From Lama glama (Eukaryota): a stretch of DNA of 64,000 nt. Of this stretch, positions 1-13,039 are shown piece by piece. The notes beneath the pieces were generated by a model. It had not been told where the DNA came from, did not search any database, and saw only the letters and a program-made list of their open reading frames with translations. The stretch covers positions 1,488,001 through 1,552,000 of the forward strand of contig CM052816.1 of the NCBI GenBank assembly GCA_028534125.1. The letters run 5' to 3'. Each line of letters opens with the position of its first letter. Position 1 is the stretch's first letter. The position numbers and the translations under genes were made by a program.

Positions 1-1090
1 ACTACATCAAACTAAAAATGTTCTGCACAGCAAAGGAAATGATCAACAAAATGATTAGGTAGCCTACTGAATAGAAGTTATTTGCAAATGATGTATCTGA
101 TAAGGGGTTAATGTTCAAAATATATACATACAACTTAACATAAAAAACCCCAACCTGATTAAAAATGGGCCAAGGACCTGAATATACATTTTTCCAAAGA
201 AGACATGCAGATGGCCAATATACTCATGAAAAGATGCTTAGCATCATTAGTTATCAGGGAAATGCAAATTAAAACCACAATGAGATACCACTTCACACCT
301 GTCAGAATGGCTACCAATAGAAAGACTACAGATAACAAGTGCTGGTGAGGGTGTGAAGAAAAGGGAGCCCTTATGCATTGTTGTAAGATTGTAAATTGGT
401 GCAGCCACTGCGGAAAACACTATGGAGCTTCCTCAAAAAACTGAAAACAGAACTACCCTACGATCCAGCAGTTTCACTTCTGGGTATTTACCTGAAGAAA
501 ACAAAAACACTAATTCAAAAAGATATAAGCACACCAATGTTCATAGCTGCACTATTCAAAATAGCCAAGATATGGAAGTAATCTAAGTGTCCATCACTGG
601 ATAAAGAAGATGTGATACACACACACACAATGGAATATTAGTTAGCCATAAAAAGAAACCTTCCAATTTGTGACAATATGGGTGGATCTAGAAGATATTA
701 AGCTAAATGAAATAAATCAGAAAGACAAATACCATATGATCTTACTTGTATGTGGAATCCGAAAAACAAAAGAGACAAAACAAAATGAAAACAGAATCAC
801 GTATACAGAGAACAAAATGGGCGGTGTTGCAGAGGTGAGGGACACGGAAGGGACGAAAAAGGTGAAAGGGACTAAAAGGCACAAATCTATAATTATAAAA
901 TAAATAAGCCACGAGGATGTCATATACATAAAAGAATATGGTCAAAAGTACAGTGGCACCTTTGTATGGGGACACAGTTATTAGACTTATTGTGGTGATC
1001 ATTTCATAACATATGCAAATGTCAAACCACTTAAGAGCACACTTGAAACTAACATAAAATCATACATCAACAATGTTTCAACTAAAGAAA
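1..1090 (+). mobile_element. LINE-1 3' segment (ORF2 C-terminal region plus 3' UTR), decayed; continues off the left edge
   Basis: ORF 396-581 ([31 protein letters not shown]...[16 protein letters not shown]) is the typical L1 ORF2 C-terminus. It is followed by an L1-type 3' UTR ending near tcaactaaagaaa. Confidence 0.95.
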
Positions 1091-1271
1091 TGCAGTTTGT
1101 TCAATATGATTATGTTTGTTCCATTTGGAAGATCTCTGAAGGATAAAAATTGTCATCTTTTAAAAAAGTCCCAAGTTTTCCCTCAGAGGGGGGATTCATT
1201 CAGACATTCCTATAATCCTTCATCCAACAAATATTTGATGAGAGTTTATGTGCCAGGCACAGAGATAAATA

Positions 1272-1381
1272 AACGAGAGAGAGAGAAAGACAGAAAGAAA
1301 GAAAGAAAGAAAAGGAAAGAGAGAAAGAGAGCAAGAAAGAAAGAAGAAAAGAAAGAACAGAGGCAAAGTTAAAGGAAAAAA
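1272..1381. repeat. Purine-rich GA/GAAA simple repeat
   Basis: Directly visible gagaga/gaaagaaa tract, following an L2 3'-end relic at about 1195-1262. Confidence 0.9.
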
Positions 1382-1756
1382 GGTAGATTTTACCTAAAAT
1401 TAGTATAGAAAAAAGGCACTAGACTAGAAGTTAATAAAAAAGGGGTATTTGGGTCACAGATCTTCTAGAAATAACTGAGATCTTAGGCAAGTCACTTCTT
1501 CTTTGGGCCTCAAGTTTTCATCTGTGAAAATGAGGAGTTTGGCAAGTTGCCCCGGTTGGAGTGATCCACTGAGCCTTCCTCTCTGGAGAACTGACTGAGA
1601 TAAAGAGCTAATTTCCACTGGGGTTCACACTAAACCATTCCTTTATTATTTCCTTCCTCTGTCAGCAGAGGGTAGACCTGGGTGCTCCAGAGAGACTCTG
1701 GAGGAAGGATCTCCCTCCTGCACTCGTGAAACTGGTGGGGGCCTTGGCTGCCTTAC

Positions 1757-2403
1757 CTGGTTTTCAGACTGATGTCAAGACTGGAAGGAAGGCAGCTGAG
1801 CTGGGAGTTCTCAGTGTTGGCCGCAAGAGACCTAGACTCAGAGGGGTGGGCGCCTTGCATGGATCCAAACGCTGCCACAGGAAATCCAAAAGCTCCTGGA
1901 AGTCAGTGCTGAAATCTTTCCTTCCACATCTCAGTCTTTCTCTCTGTCCAAACCGTGAGTCCATTCCAGTTTAGTGGCCTCAGACTTGGCTTTCTCGCAG
2001 AAACTTGCGTTTTCAAGTTCTTCAGGATTTTTGCTCCTGGCCACCCTGTCCAGATTTGCTTGGCATGCCTTTCCAGGGAAGAGAGGACCCAGTTCTGCGG
2101 GAGGGTGTAAAATCTGCACAACCAAGATGACAGTCTGTCCAGCAGATGTGGAAAGCCGATGAGGGCGATGGCTCCAGTGGACGGTGCCAATAACCCCAGT
2201 CGCTGCTAACATTTGGTTCTGAAGAGATGGGATGCGAATGACAACAGACTTAGTCACTAATGTTCTTGGAGAACGATGAGGTGTCATGACTTTGCAACCG
2301 GATGATGCTCTCTACCCGTCACTCTTGGGGAAGGAGCAGCCCAGCTCTCAGCAAAAGCTACCCAGGTGACACTGAGCCAGTGCTCAGAGTCACGCCCACC
2401 CCC
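1757..2403 (-). other. Candidate non-coding exon with possible proximal promoter, minus-strand transcript
   Basis: Near-consensus donor CAG|GTAAGG at 1757/1756 on the minus strand, about 600 bp with no repeat I recognise, and a GC/KLF box (GGGGGTGGGCGTG) at 2391-2403. No transcript evidence is available. Confidence 0.35.
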
Positions 2404-5354
2404 ATTAACAACTCTCCTGGGCTGCCTTTGGCTCCAGCACTAACTCATGGTGTCAGCAGAGACATGGCACCTCAATCGTCTCATCTGTGAAATGAGAGGG
2501 AGGAATTAAATCAGGGCTTCCCGCCCTGCACTCAGAGGCACCCTGGGCGTTCCTCACGGCTTTCATCTCATTTACATACTGAACTTTGCTCATAAGACTT
2601 CCTTTGAAGAAAGCGTCCTTCTTGAAAAAATTTCATGAAAGCAATAGAGTAAATGCATTTATTTGTGTAACTTTGTTCTTGAGCACAGCTGTGTGCTGGG
2701 CACTGCTACAGGCACTGGGGAGTCCAACTGTGTCAGCCACTGCCACTGCCCCGCTCCTGTCCCCAGACTCATCCTTCTCTTGCTCACCAGCTTCTTACTG
2801 CAGGCACCTGGGACTCTGCCTGGAGGCTTTCCGGGGCTGCAGGCTCAGCCCATGAGCAGGGCAGTCTGGGACTGATACCTGTGGGAGTGGACTTCAGTCC
2901 CCAGATGGGAGTTGGTAGGAGATACCTGTTGGTGGGGGCGACTCTGAGGCATGCTCTCTGTCTTCTCCCAGAGGTCCCCATTGGGAGTCTGCCTCAGTTG
3001 CTCTTCCACTCATCTTACCTTGGTTACCTTCCTTTCCGTCCCACTCCCCTAATCTCCTGGGGGGGCTGCCTGGGATCGCCCCCTAAATGAACCACGTGCC
3101 CTTGACGCAGGGGCTGCCCTGGGAAAGGGAGGATCCCAGCCGGCCCTTGCGGAGTTACCATCACACGTGTGTGTGTTTATTAGATGATGGCAGAGGTCCC
3201 GGTAGCGCTAGTCTAGTCAAGGAAGCCGAGCCAAGACCTGAAGCTGCCTTTGATCAGGGCAAGCCCCAGTTAGTCTTTTAATCAACCTCCTGATAGAGTT
3301 AGCAAATATTACAGTGTCAACTGTGAACTGGTCCTGGACTGGGCTCTGCGACAGGGAGCTAAGCGTGCGGTGGCAAAAAGCACCTTTAAGATCTCTCCTT
3401 TAAGGTCCACTGTAATTCTCTTGATTTAGAAAAACAAGAGCTATGCATGGCCTTGTAAGAAAAGGACAGACTTGCCCATGAGTGAGTTTGAGAACATAAG
3501 GGAGGTTAAGAGGAGAAAAATGTTCTGGGCTGTATTACAGTTCGCAGGTACCAGATGGATATAACTTTAACATTAATTACATGTAAGTATGCGCACATAT
3601 ACACACACACACAACCTCCGAAAACTAGAGAATAAGTGTATTGGTAGCAAATGAGCACCTGCCTTAGCCTCTGGAGGCAGACAGGGACTTAAGCAGGCGG
3701 TTCTGCAGGGCACGTCTGGTTAGGGGCAGAGCGACCCTCTCCAAGATGCAGACCCAGAAGTCAGCGGGGATCGCGTTGCCAAGTTCAGTGTCGGTGGCAG
3801 AACGGTTCAGTCTAGAACCGTCTGTTTCTAGGTCCTTTCAGTATTTACAAGTGAAACTTCACGGGGCGAAGATCTAATGACTTAATAGCATCCAGCCCCC
3901 AAAAGCATTGCTTCCCACTGAGTCCCACGGGGCCTTGGACCTTCCTTACACTGTGTTTGACTGTCTTCTCCAGCGATCACCTTGGCCCATGGCCCTAAAC
4001 GATTAAGTTGTACGTTTCATCAGCTGGGAAGGCAGGCAAGCTGTTATGTGAGAAACTTTGCTAAGTTGCAGGAGACTTTGAAGGCTTTGCCGCCTGGCAC
4101 TCAAACAATTGGTCTATTTGTTCGAATAAAACGGGTCAATTCGTTTAAAGGAAACAAAGCGAATGTGGCAGGTTGTTTGGCACGCTGAAGACAAAACCAC
4201 CGGCTGAAGGAGGAAGTCCTCATCTTTCACAGGCTGCCCAGCCATGTGCAGTCTCAGACTCTCTACAATCACACTTGGTCATTTTTTGCTTTTCCCTTTT
4301 TATTTTTAATAAAATAAACTTCTGGGTTCAACAGCTCAAATCCCAGCTGGCTGGAAAGGATCTCTTTTCTTTTCTTGGCTCCTCCACCTCTCTCCTGTCA
4401 TCAAGATTATAAATTATCAAGTGCCTGGTGGCTGGGGCAGAGGAGTGTGATCTGGATGGAGAGAGGCTCAGTAGTCTGTCTTTGTTTCCGCGGGTCTAAG
4501 TCCGAGTCACAGCCCAGCTGCAACTGTGCCTCCAGGCCAGGAAGCCTTTTATTTCCCCACAGACCCAGGAAGAGGCCCGGCCCAACCACTAAACTACGTG
4601 GAGTTCCCGGGAAGCGGGCAGAAGTGTTGGTGGGTGTCTACTGTGTCAGGTCTGGAATCTTCTCAGGGTCTGGACAGTCCCCTTGTACAGCCCAAATTGG
4701 CTTAACCCAGTTCCCTCGGCCTTCAGAGCCTAGAACCAAATACCAGGTCAGGGCTTCTTAATCATTTGGCTCCTCAGAGATCAGTTTAGTCCAATCCCTC
4801 ACTTGGCGGACAGTGAGGAAGCATCTCCCTCCAGACTGGTGGCCTCACGAGGACAAGAAACTGGCTCTCCTGCCTTCCCATCAGGCTCTCTACTGGTCCA
4901 GAGAAGGAGGCATAACTTCTAAGGGAACTGGGCTCTACAGTGAGCAAGTAAGGAGAAAAATTGTGTGTGGACAGAATTTTCCTCAACCATCCTTTAGAAG
5001 GACTTGCCTTTGCTGGAGACCGATGGAGTCAAAGAACAGTCATTTTTCTCCCAGTATTGGACCGGACTGCTGCTGCTTCTCGAGTGACACAGCTGGCTTT
5101 ATATTGGTCAAATGAAAAAGCATGTCTAGAATTACTCTCCATGTGCAGTGGCGATGCTGCTACAAAAGGCATCATCTGTGGACCAACCATCAGAGCATAT
5201 CTCCTACATGACACTCTCCCTGGGGTCCATGGTCAGTGGGTAGGACGGACGAGGACCACTTATTCTATTGTATTATATCTCTCTCTGGTTGTTTTGATGG
5301 TTTGGACATTAGCTGAATTTGCATTAAGTTACATGCGGCAGTAGAGTGAGTCCA

Positions 5355-5590
5355 TTGTATGTCATGGTTAAGAACAAGAGGTTTGGAGTCACACCAATGT
5401 GAATCAAGCTGTGGCTCTGGCCCCGTCTTGTGATCTTGCACTACATACTTGATTCTCTCTCTACTTCTTTCCTTATCTGTAAAATGGGAATAATAATACT
5501 TACCTCATAGGGTCCTTGAGAGATTCAAATGAGAAAACATGTACAGAGTACTTGGAACATGGCCTGGCTCCTATAAATACTCAATAGTTC
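5355..5590 (+). mobile_element. MIR SINE
   Basis: ggttaagaacaagaggtttggagtcacac...tctgtaaaatgggaataataatacttacctcataggg matches the MIR head and core. Confidence 0.85.
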
Positions 5591-6489
5591 ATCTGAGGAT
5601 GCTCGTGAGGACATCACAGTGATCATTTAATGATGCTTCTGGGGGTTGCACACTGTGCATATCCAGAACCTTTCTAATTTGGGATTTCATGCATTCTACT
5701 TTCTCCCATCTTCCTTATTTCCTCCCTATCTCTTTTAATTTGGCTTGGTTTGCTCTTCCACCATTTTGAAAATAAAAGCCAACTTAAAGCAACAGAAGTC
5801 AAAGGTTCTTTGGTTGTATGGCAGATCACAGGCACAGAGCATATAATATATATTATACATCTAAGTGAGATACCCCCATCCCTGTACATGAAATAGTGTC
5901 TTCTTAGCCTAGGTCTCATAGTAGAAGGAGCATATTGGACTGAGTGTAACTTTGATCTGATTAAGAACTGAACAGTTGCATTGGGGGTATTAATTATCCA
6001 ACAAGTACTAATTTAGTCTAGTTATTATTTACGCTTAACAAAGGTTTGGAGACTTAAAAGCCAGTCTGGTGTCTATTATAAATTCACAAGGTATCCTTGG
6101 CAAATCACTTCACTCTGGGTCTCCGCTTCTCTGTTTGAACAACAAAGAGGTTGAATTACTTTTCCTGGTGAACAACTTCCATCAAACAAAAATCCTATAC
6201 GGAGCTCCAATATAAAAAAAAAAGCAGATCAAAGTGGAGCCCTTTGGGTGAAGAGCTCATGGGTGGCCTTGAGCTTTTCTAATTTGGAGTCCTCTTGGTC
6301 TCCCAAAAAAGCTTCTTATGGACTCTAAACACACTCTATGGCTCCAAGAAAAAAAGATCATCTGTCCTCAATAGTCTTAATTAAATGGTGCATCCATCCT
6401 TAACCATCTAGAATCTTCCAGATCCTGGTGAGAAAGAGACTAGACCTAAGATGTTATTCCAAAGTGACTGTTGAAGAAAACATGCTAGC

Positions 6490-6712
6490 TACCATCTTGG
6501 ACTGCTTGCTTTGGGGCAAGCACTGTGCTTAGCGTCTTGCAAAGGTCATCTCATTTAATCCTAACAACTTTGCTTGAAAGTAGCTACTATTATCATTCAC
6601 ATTTTACAGTTGGGGAAACTGAGATTCAGAGAGGTTAAGTAAGTGGCCTGAGGTCACGGAGCTAGGATTTGAACCAGGTCTGTCTGTCTCCAGAGCCCAC
6701 GTTCTTAACCAT
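6490..6712 (-). mobile_element. MIR SINE
   Basis: cattttacagttggggaaactgagattcagagaggttaagtaagtggcctgaggtcac is the reverse MIR core. Confidence 0.85.
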
Positions 6713-9549
6713 TTACCCAGCTTCCAGCTGCTGAGGTCAAGGAGACACTCTGCAGGCTTGAGGATGGCTGCTCTATTTTATTATCCTGCTCACTACTTAA
6801 AACCACAGTTACTGTAATTGTTCAGAAGTGGTTGCCAGATGTAATTTTTTGTTAATGGATCTGTGTAAACTTGCATGTTATGAACATAAATAATTCACAC
6901 CCTGAATGAGCTTGTTCATTGGAGTGGCCTCTTCATCAACACTGAGACCCCAGCAGAATCGTTACACGTGTACCCTTGGAGACAGACTGCAGGATGAATT
7001 TTCATAGACAACCCAGTTGTCCTTGGGCTAGACAAGGAAGGCTGCTTTCTCCCTTGGCTGCTGTCTTTCTCCAGTCACTGGCCAAGTTCAGGAGCTCCTC
7101 CCCATCCAGTTGTCCAATCATCTTGGAGTCAAACTCCTGGCTGGCCAGATACCTGCTAATCAGGATGACTCAAGCCAAGGGCCAAGCCAACAGCTGTCTT
7201 GACACGTTAAATGATGCAGACAGACCAAGAAACATGTTGGCTCTGCACTGTCCTTCTGACTCATCATCCTCTTCGTGACTTGACTCTCCTGTCCCCCTCA
7301 GCCATTTCTGGGGTGCTTTTCAGTTTACAAAGTGTTTAAAATTCTATTATCTCACTTGATCCCCAAGTCACCTCTAAGAGCTAGATAATTCTGGCCCCAG
7401 GTTCCAGATGTAGAAACCAAGACCCATTGGGGTTCCATAACTTGCCTCAAATCACGTGGCTAATAGTATGCAGAACAATGACTCAAATCCAGGTTTTCTG
7501 TCTCCAAATAATATATCCTAGCTTTGATTCAGGCTATGGAATTTAAAATTCTCTCTTTCTGTTCTCCCCTCATTTGACCTCTGACTTCCTAAGTCTCTCC
7601 ATCCGTGATTCCATTACAGTAGCTGATAATCTCTGCTTCAGATCCTGGTTACTGTTCCTTGTGGACAACACAGTGACTCCATTTGCTTTTCAGTTCATGC
7701 CTTCATTTTATCATTCAGTCACAAACATTAAGCACCCATGGTGTACCAGGCACTGTATTGGGGGTTGGGGCTACCAAGAAGAACAATGGGCCGTGCTGAG
7801 CTCCGCCAGGTTGGACGCCATTGACCAGGTTCTTCTCTTTTCCTTCACTGCCTCCTTTTCCTTTATCTATGCCTTTTATGTTGGTCCAAAGCAGAAAAAA
7901 ACAGAAGGAGGGCCTGAGCTAAGAAATGCAGGTGGAGAGCACTGGCGGGGGTGAGGCTGGAGTGTGGCCTGGGGAGTCAATGCTCATGCTTTGTGCTTGA
8001 AGCTCACAAAGGAATGGGACTGCTTAGGGATAGGCCACAGAGCAGAGGTGCCTGCAGGCTGATCTGACGCTCAGATGCTTAAGTTAAGCCTATACCAAGT
8101 TTTGGGAAAAAGCGACTTAGTCACTGACATTTAAGAATCAGAAAAAAACTAACACAAAAATCCAGGTTTCTGGCTTCTCTTCAATGGAAAGATCTGACAA
8201 CACTGAGCCTGTATCACAAGCAACAGGTGATTGGAGCTGAGTTGCTGCTGCCCCTTGAGAGACACACACCCTTTCCAGGTCCCCACCATCCCCAGAGGGA
8301 CTGGTCCTCTCGTTTCCATTACGTGTCTGGCCCCTGAAGACTTCCGGGTTGGTGAACCTCAAAGAGCAATGGGTGGGAAATACAGCTGGGCAATATACTC
8401 CTGGGTAGATCTCTTTTTCTGCTTTCACCTTGAACTCTCCCTTTTTGCTCCAGATTCCATCTATGAGTCCAATCTTCCTAAAGGGAAGGAAGGACTTCTT
8501 CAGAGGTCAAATTCAGTGTGTTGCTTACTGTAGTGGTTGTGGGTGGAGGTGGTTATTCCTACTAGTAGAATGAAGCCCGTTCCCTGGTCTCTAGAGCATT
8601 TGCAAGTAATCAATGACAAAGAAGGATGGAAATTAAAAGACTTCCCACCCTGGTCCTGCCTATTAGAGAGAAAAGAGAAAAGATAAAGAAGTTGGGGCGT
8701 TCAGTGTTCAGTTTTAGAGCCAGTAAGCCCTCAGGCCATGGCCAAGGAGCAATTTGTTTTTTTGCTGTCCAATTGCCACTGGACTGATCCCACCTCCCCT
8801 GATGTAATCTTGTTATGCTGTGGTTACACTGACCCACGCAAATTCATCCTTTGTTCTCCAACGAGACAAACACCCTCTTGCCTGCTCTTTTTGCTTTCAT
8901 AAAAAAAATCATTACAGTATTTTCTACTTTAGTCTGAATATGCTTTTATGAGAAAAAAAAAAAAGGAACCCAAAGGCATATCTTGCACATGCTCCAAAGA
9001 AAACAGTATCCTGGGTTCTGCGTTGTTTTTGCGCCCTGCCTGAATTCTTTGAAAACTCCGCAAATGATATTATTTCTTTTTTTTTCTTTTTTCTTTTTTT
9101 TTTTTGGTGAGCAAAGTGGCTTATTGCAGCTGAGACCTTCCATAATAATAGCTCCAGTTCGAGGGCTTCAAAGGAAGTGGCTACTCACTTTAAAGTAGCC
9201 TTTTAATTTGTCCTTCCTTAAGACACTATCAACTTAGTGACTTGATAGTGTATTGGGTAAAACACTTGGCTTAGAGTTAGGGGTCTGGACTCTAGAGGCA
9301 TTCTGCCTGGAACTTGCTGTGTGACCTCAGGGAAGCCACCTTCCTTCTCTGGGCTTCTGGTCTTCACTTGTCAAATAAATGGGTTGGATTGGATCAGCCT
9401 TCTCAAAATTCACTTGCTCATATCACTTTCAGTGATTTTTGCCACAACTTAGTATTATCTGTTTTATTGTTTGAATACTATTTTTGACTGATACTTAAGT
9501 ACATCTCTTTCACAAATCATTTTATATTGCTATCAAAAATGGAAAACCA

Positions 9550-10655
9550 GAAACCATAAGCAAAACAAAATGACAACCTATGGAATGGGAGAAAATATTT
9601 GCAAAGGATGAGACTGACAAGGGCTAGATTTCCAGAATATATAAACAGCTCATATGACTTAATAAGCAAAAAACAAACAACCCAATCCAAAAATGGGCAG
9701 AAGACCTAAACAAGCAATTCTCCAATGAAGACATATGAATGGCCAATAGGCACAGGAAAAAATGCTCAGTATCACTAATTATCAGAGAAATGCATATCGA
9801 AACTACAATGAGGTATCACCTCACACCAGTCAGAACGGCCATCATTCAAAAGTCCACAAATGGTAAATGCGAGAGAGGGTGTGGAGAAAAGGGAACCCTC
9901 CTACACTGCTGGTGGGAATGCAGTTTGGTGCAGCCACTGTGGAAAATAGTATGGAGATTCCTCAAAAAACTAAAAATAGACTTACTGTATGACCCAGCAA
10001 CCCCACTCCTGGGCATATATCCAGAGGGAACCCTAATTCAAAAAGACACCTGTACCCCAATGTTCATAGCAGCACTATTTACAATAGCCAAGACATGGAA
10101 ACAACCTAAATGTCCATCGACAGATGACTGGATAAAGAAGAAGTGGTATATTTATACAATGGAATACTGCTCAGCCATAAAAATGATAAAATAATGCCAT
10201 TTGCCCCANNNNNNNNNNNNNNNNNNNNNNNNNNNNNNNNNNNNNNNNNNNNNNNNNNNNNNNNNNNNNNNNNNNNNNNNNNNNNNNNNNNNNNNNNNNN
10301 NNNNNNNNATGATATCACTCATATGTGGAATCTTAAAAAAAAAAGACAAATGAACTTATATATAAAACAGAAACAGACTCACAGACATAGAATACAGACT
10401 TGTGGTTGCCAGGGAGGAGGGTGGTGGGAAGGGATAAATTGGGAGTTCGAGATTCGCAGATACTGACTGGTATATATAAAACAGATAAACAAGTTTATAC
10501 TGTATATATAGCACAGGGACATATATTCAATATCTTGTAGTAGCTTATGGTGAAAAAGAATATGAAAATGAATATACGTATATCCAGGTATGACTGAAGC
10601 ATTGTGCGTACACCAGAAATTGATGCAACATTGTAAACTGACTATACCTCAATAA
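9550..10655 (+). mobile_element. Young 5'-truncated LINE-1 with a 15-bp TSD
   Basis: ORF 9739-10194 is the L1 ORF2 C-terminus (YHLTPVR...HCWWEC...[20 protein letters not shown]). The direct repeat aaaaatggaaaacca is perfect at 9535-9549 and 10656-10670. Confidence 0.97.
10209..10308. other. Assembly gap (100 N) inside the L1
   Basis: Run of N. Confidence 1.
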
Positions 10656-10769
10656 AAAAATGGAAAACCAATATCATGTCCCCCAAGTAGAAAAGAATCT
10701 TAAAGAAAGTGCAATGAGAACAAAGCTCTTACGTTCCAGACAGATGCTGTAAGCTGCCAAGTAAGAGAA

Positions 10770-10965
10770 GCTCACACTAGCCGAGTGCTCTGGGCCAAGC
10801 CTGCTTCTCATGCAGTTGCTCAGTCAATCCTCATGGTAACTCTGAAAGAGGGACTATTATTATCCCCATTTTACAGATGAAGAAACTGAGCCACAGGGAG
10901 GTTAATTAACTTGCCCGAGGTCTCAAGGTCAGTGATCGTCTTAGCTGGGACTTTAACCCAAGTGG
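10770..10965 (-). mobile_element. MIR SINE
   Basis: attatccccattttacagatgaagaaactgagccacagggaggttaattaacttgcccgaggtc is the reverse MIR core. Confidence 0.85.
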
Positions 10966-12384
10966 GCTGTCCTGTGTCGCCTGTAGGTGTGGGCCAGCTG
11001 TCTTTTTGTTAAAAAGGGAGATTAGCTAGTGTCAGAGGATGTTAAAGACACCCTAGCTCTAAAAGAGAGTTTCTCACTAATGCAACTGGAAGGCATTAAA
11101 GAGAATCCAAAGAGGACAATTGCTCACCAAGTGATTCAATGTCCTCTGCTCCTTAACTCATCCTGTGTCTCTGCCACCTCTAATATCTATCTGACTCTTC
11201 CGTGATTCACTTGCTCTGAACCTAAATGCTTATCTTACTCATTTTCAATGGCTGAATGCCACATTTGGCCCCTAGTCATTTTTCTTAAACTAAATTTTAG
11301 AAGAAAGGCACAAAATAGGATTTTTCACAGGAGGCTGCTCCCCTCCATCGGGAACACAAAGGGAGCCTGTGATTAGCTGCAAATCAGCCAAGTCCCCATC
11401 ATGTTGCAGTAATGACTTGGAGTATCTTTTAATAGCAGTTAACAAATCCTGGAGGGCTAGTGTGGCTCCCTGGCAACTGTCATTCACATCACTCAACATC
11501 TCTCTCTTCCACCCTGGGTCCCTGGGGGATTCAGGGTGGTGGCTGGTGACAGCAGGTAGGAGTGGAGGGAGGGGTTTAGGGGGCAGGACCGTCTCTGGAG
11601 GAGTGTGGCGCTGAGTTGGAACTGCAAGACTGACTCATAGCAGGCCTGGGGCCAGAGTCATGAGAGGTTGATACAAACTTTTGTGCAAAGTGCTCCCTGA
11701 TGTGTGATAAAGGGCTCCCATAAATGTGACACACTCCGCATCTTCTCGGAGAAGTGGTGGCGGACCAGGCTGGCAGGTGCAGTGGCCTAGAACTTCCTGC
11801 CAGAAGTACGAGTCATTCACACTGGGTCCTCCTCAGGGCATCTGAGGAGGGGGTCAGGTGGTTGTGGGGTGGTGGGGCTGATTTCACGGCACAAGGGCTG
11901 CAGACCCGCTCTTGCTTTCACCTTAATAATCCACCAAGAACAGTTATGAAGCCCATGCTGTGTATCAGGCATTGGGCTAAGTGCTCCACATGCCTTCTCA
12001 CTTTCAATTGTCTCAACAACTCTGTGGTGTCAGTACTGTTACTGTCCCTATGTTACTGATGAGAAAACTGAGCCTTGGGGCAGTGAAGAAACTAGTAAGT
12101 GGTGAGGCCAGGCTCTGAAGCGTCAAAGCCTATAAGCTGTGACTTACACAAGGAAAGGGTTTATTGGACAGATCCTAGGCAGCTCACAGAATGACAGTGA
12201 GAGTAACGTCAGACGGGACAGGGACCAGGCAGATCTGGGACTCTTTGCTTAGGTCACTGCCATTGAGTGACTCAGCTCTAACCAGCCTCCAGCAGCAGAT
12301 GATCCATCAGCTGTTGCTTCTCTGATCTGTAGTTTGGAGGGGTAGCTGATCACAGAATGTGGTTTTTTATTTTTAATTAATCTC

Positions 12385-12595
12385 TGCTCTGTGCTCAGCT
12401 CTGGAGTTGGAGGTGTAAGGCCTGTGTGCTGTGTGATCTTGGGAACTAATTTAACCTCTCTGAACCTTAGTTTTCTTATCTGTGACATAGGGCCAAAAAT
12501 AGTACCTATCACACAGGAATGTTTTGGGGATGAAATGAGTAAATATTGGCCAGGTGTTTAGACAGTGCTTGACACTTGGCAAGGGTGACTGTCAA
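12385..12595 (+). mobile_element. MIR SINE
   Basis: gctgtgtgatcttgggaactaatttaacctctctgaaccttagttttcttatctgtga matches the MIR core. Confidence 0.8.
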
Positions 12596-12730
12596 TAAGG
12601 GAAGAGCAGCTGGTAGGACCCTGATGGCTGTGGATCCTGAACACTCTCACAGGTTTCCACATATCCCCTTCGACTGCACTGTCAGCTCACCCTGAGGAAT
12701 ATGACTGCTTTGCCTGTGTGGTCCTCTAGG

Positions 12731-12890
12731 GAATCTTGCTACTCAAAGTGTGGTCCATGAACCAGCGGCAGCAATATCACCCACGGCATGTTGGACATGC
12801 CGGTCCCACCCTAGACCTATTGAATCAGGCTCAGCGCTTCCTGAGATCCCCATGTGATTTGTAGACCTAGGCAAGTCTGAGAAGCACAGC
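12731..12890. mobile_element. MER5A1-like hAT-Charlie MITE
   Basis: Starts cttgctactcaaagtgtggtcc, ends agtctgagaagcacag and is about 160 bp long, as recalled for MER5A1. Confidence 0.7.
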
Positions 12891-13039
12891 TTTAGAAACT
12901 TTACAAACAATTAAAAGAAGAAAAAATATCTAGAATCGCCTTTTCGTTGGGGAATCGGTCCAAAGTGTGTACTTTTGGTTTCCCAGCCTAGAACCTTTAG
13001 GATAAAAATAATTCACATGTTGGTAGCACTGTAGAATTT

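Larger units (their letters stand above)
9395..11190. mobile_element. Ancient DNA-transposon-like relic (probably hAT, family unassigned), split by a young L1 and a MIR
   Basis: Segments at about 9395-9549, 10671-10760 and 10995-11190 read as one recalled MER-type consensus once the L1 (9550-10655) and MIR (about 10770-10965) are removed. Confidence 0.45.

Noticed and set aside
1073..1372. Lys/Arg/Glu-rich ORF resembling a basic or NLS-bearing protein
   Set aside because: It is the translation of the GAAA simple repeat.
4778..4947. Possible plus-strand exon (ctcctcAG...CAA|GTAAGG)
   Set aside because: Short pyrimidine tract and no recognisable peptide; too weak without RNA data.
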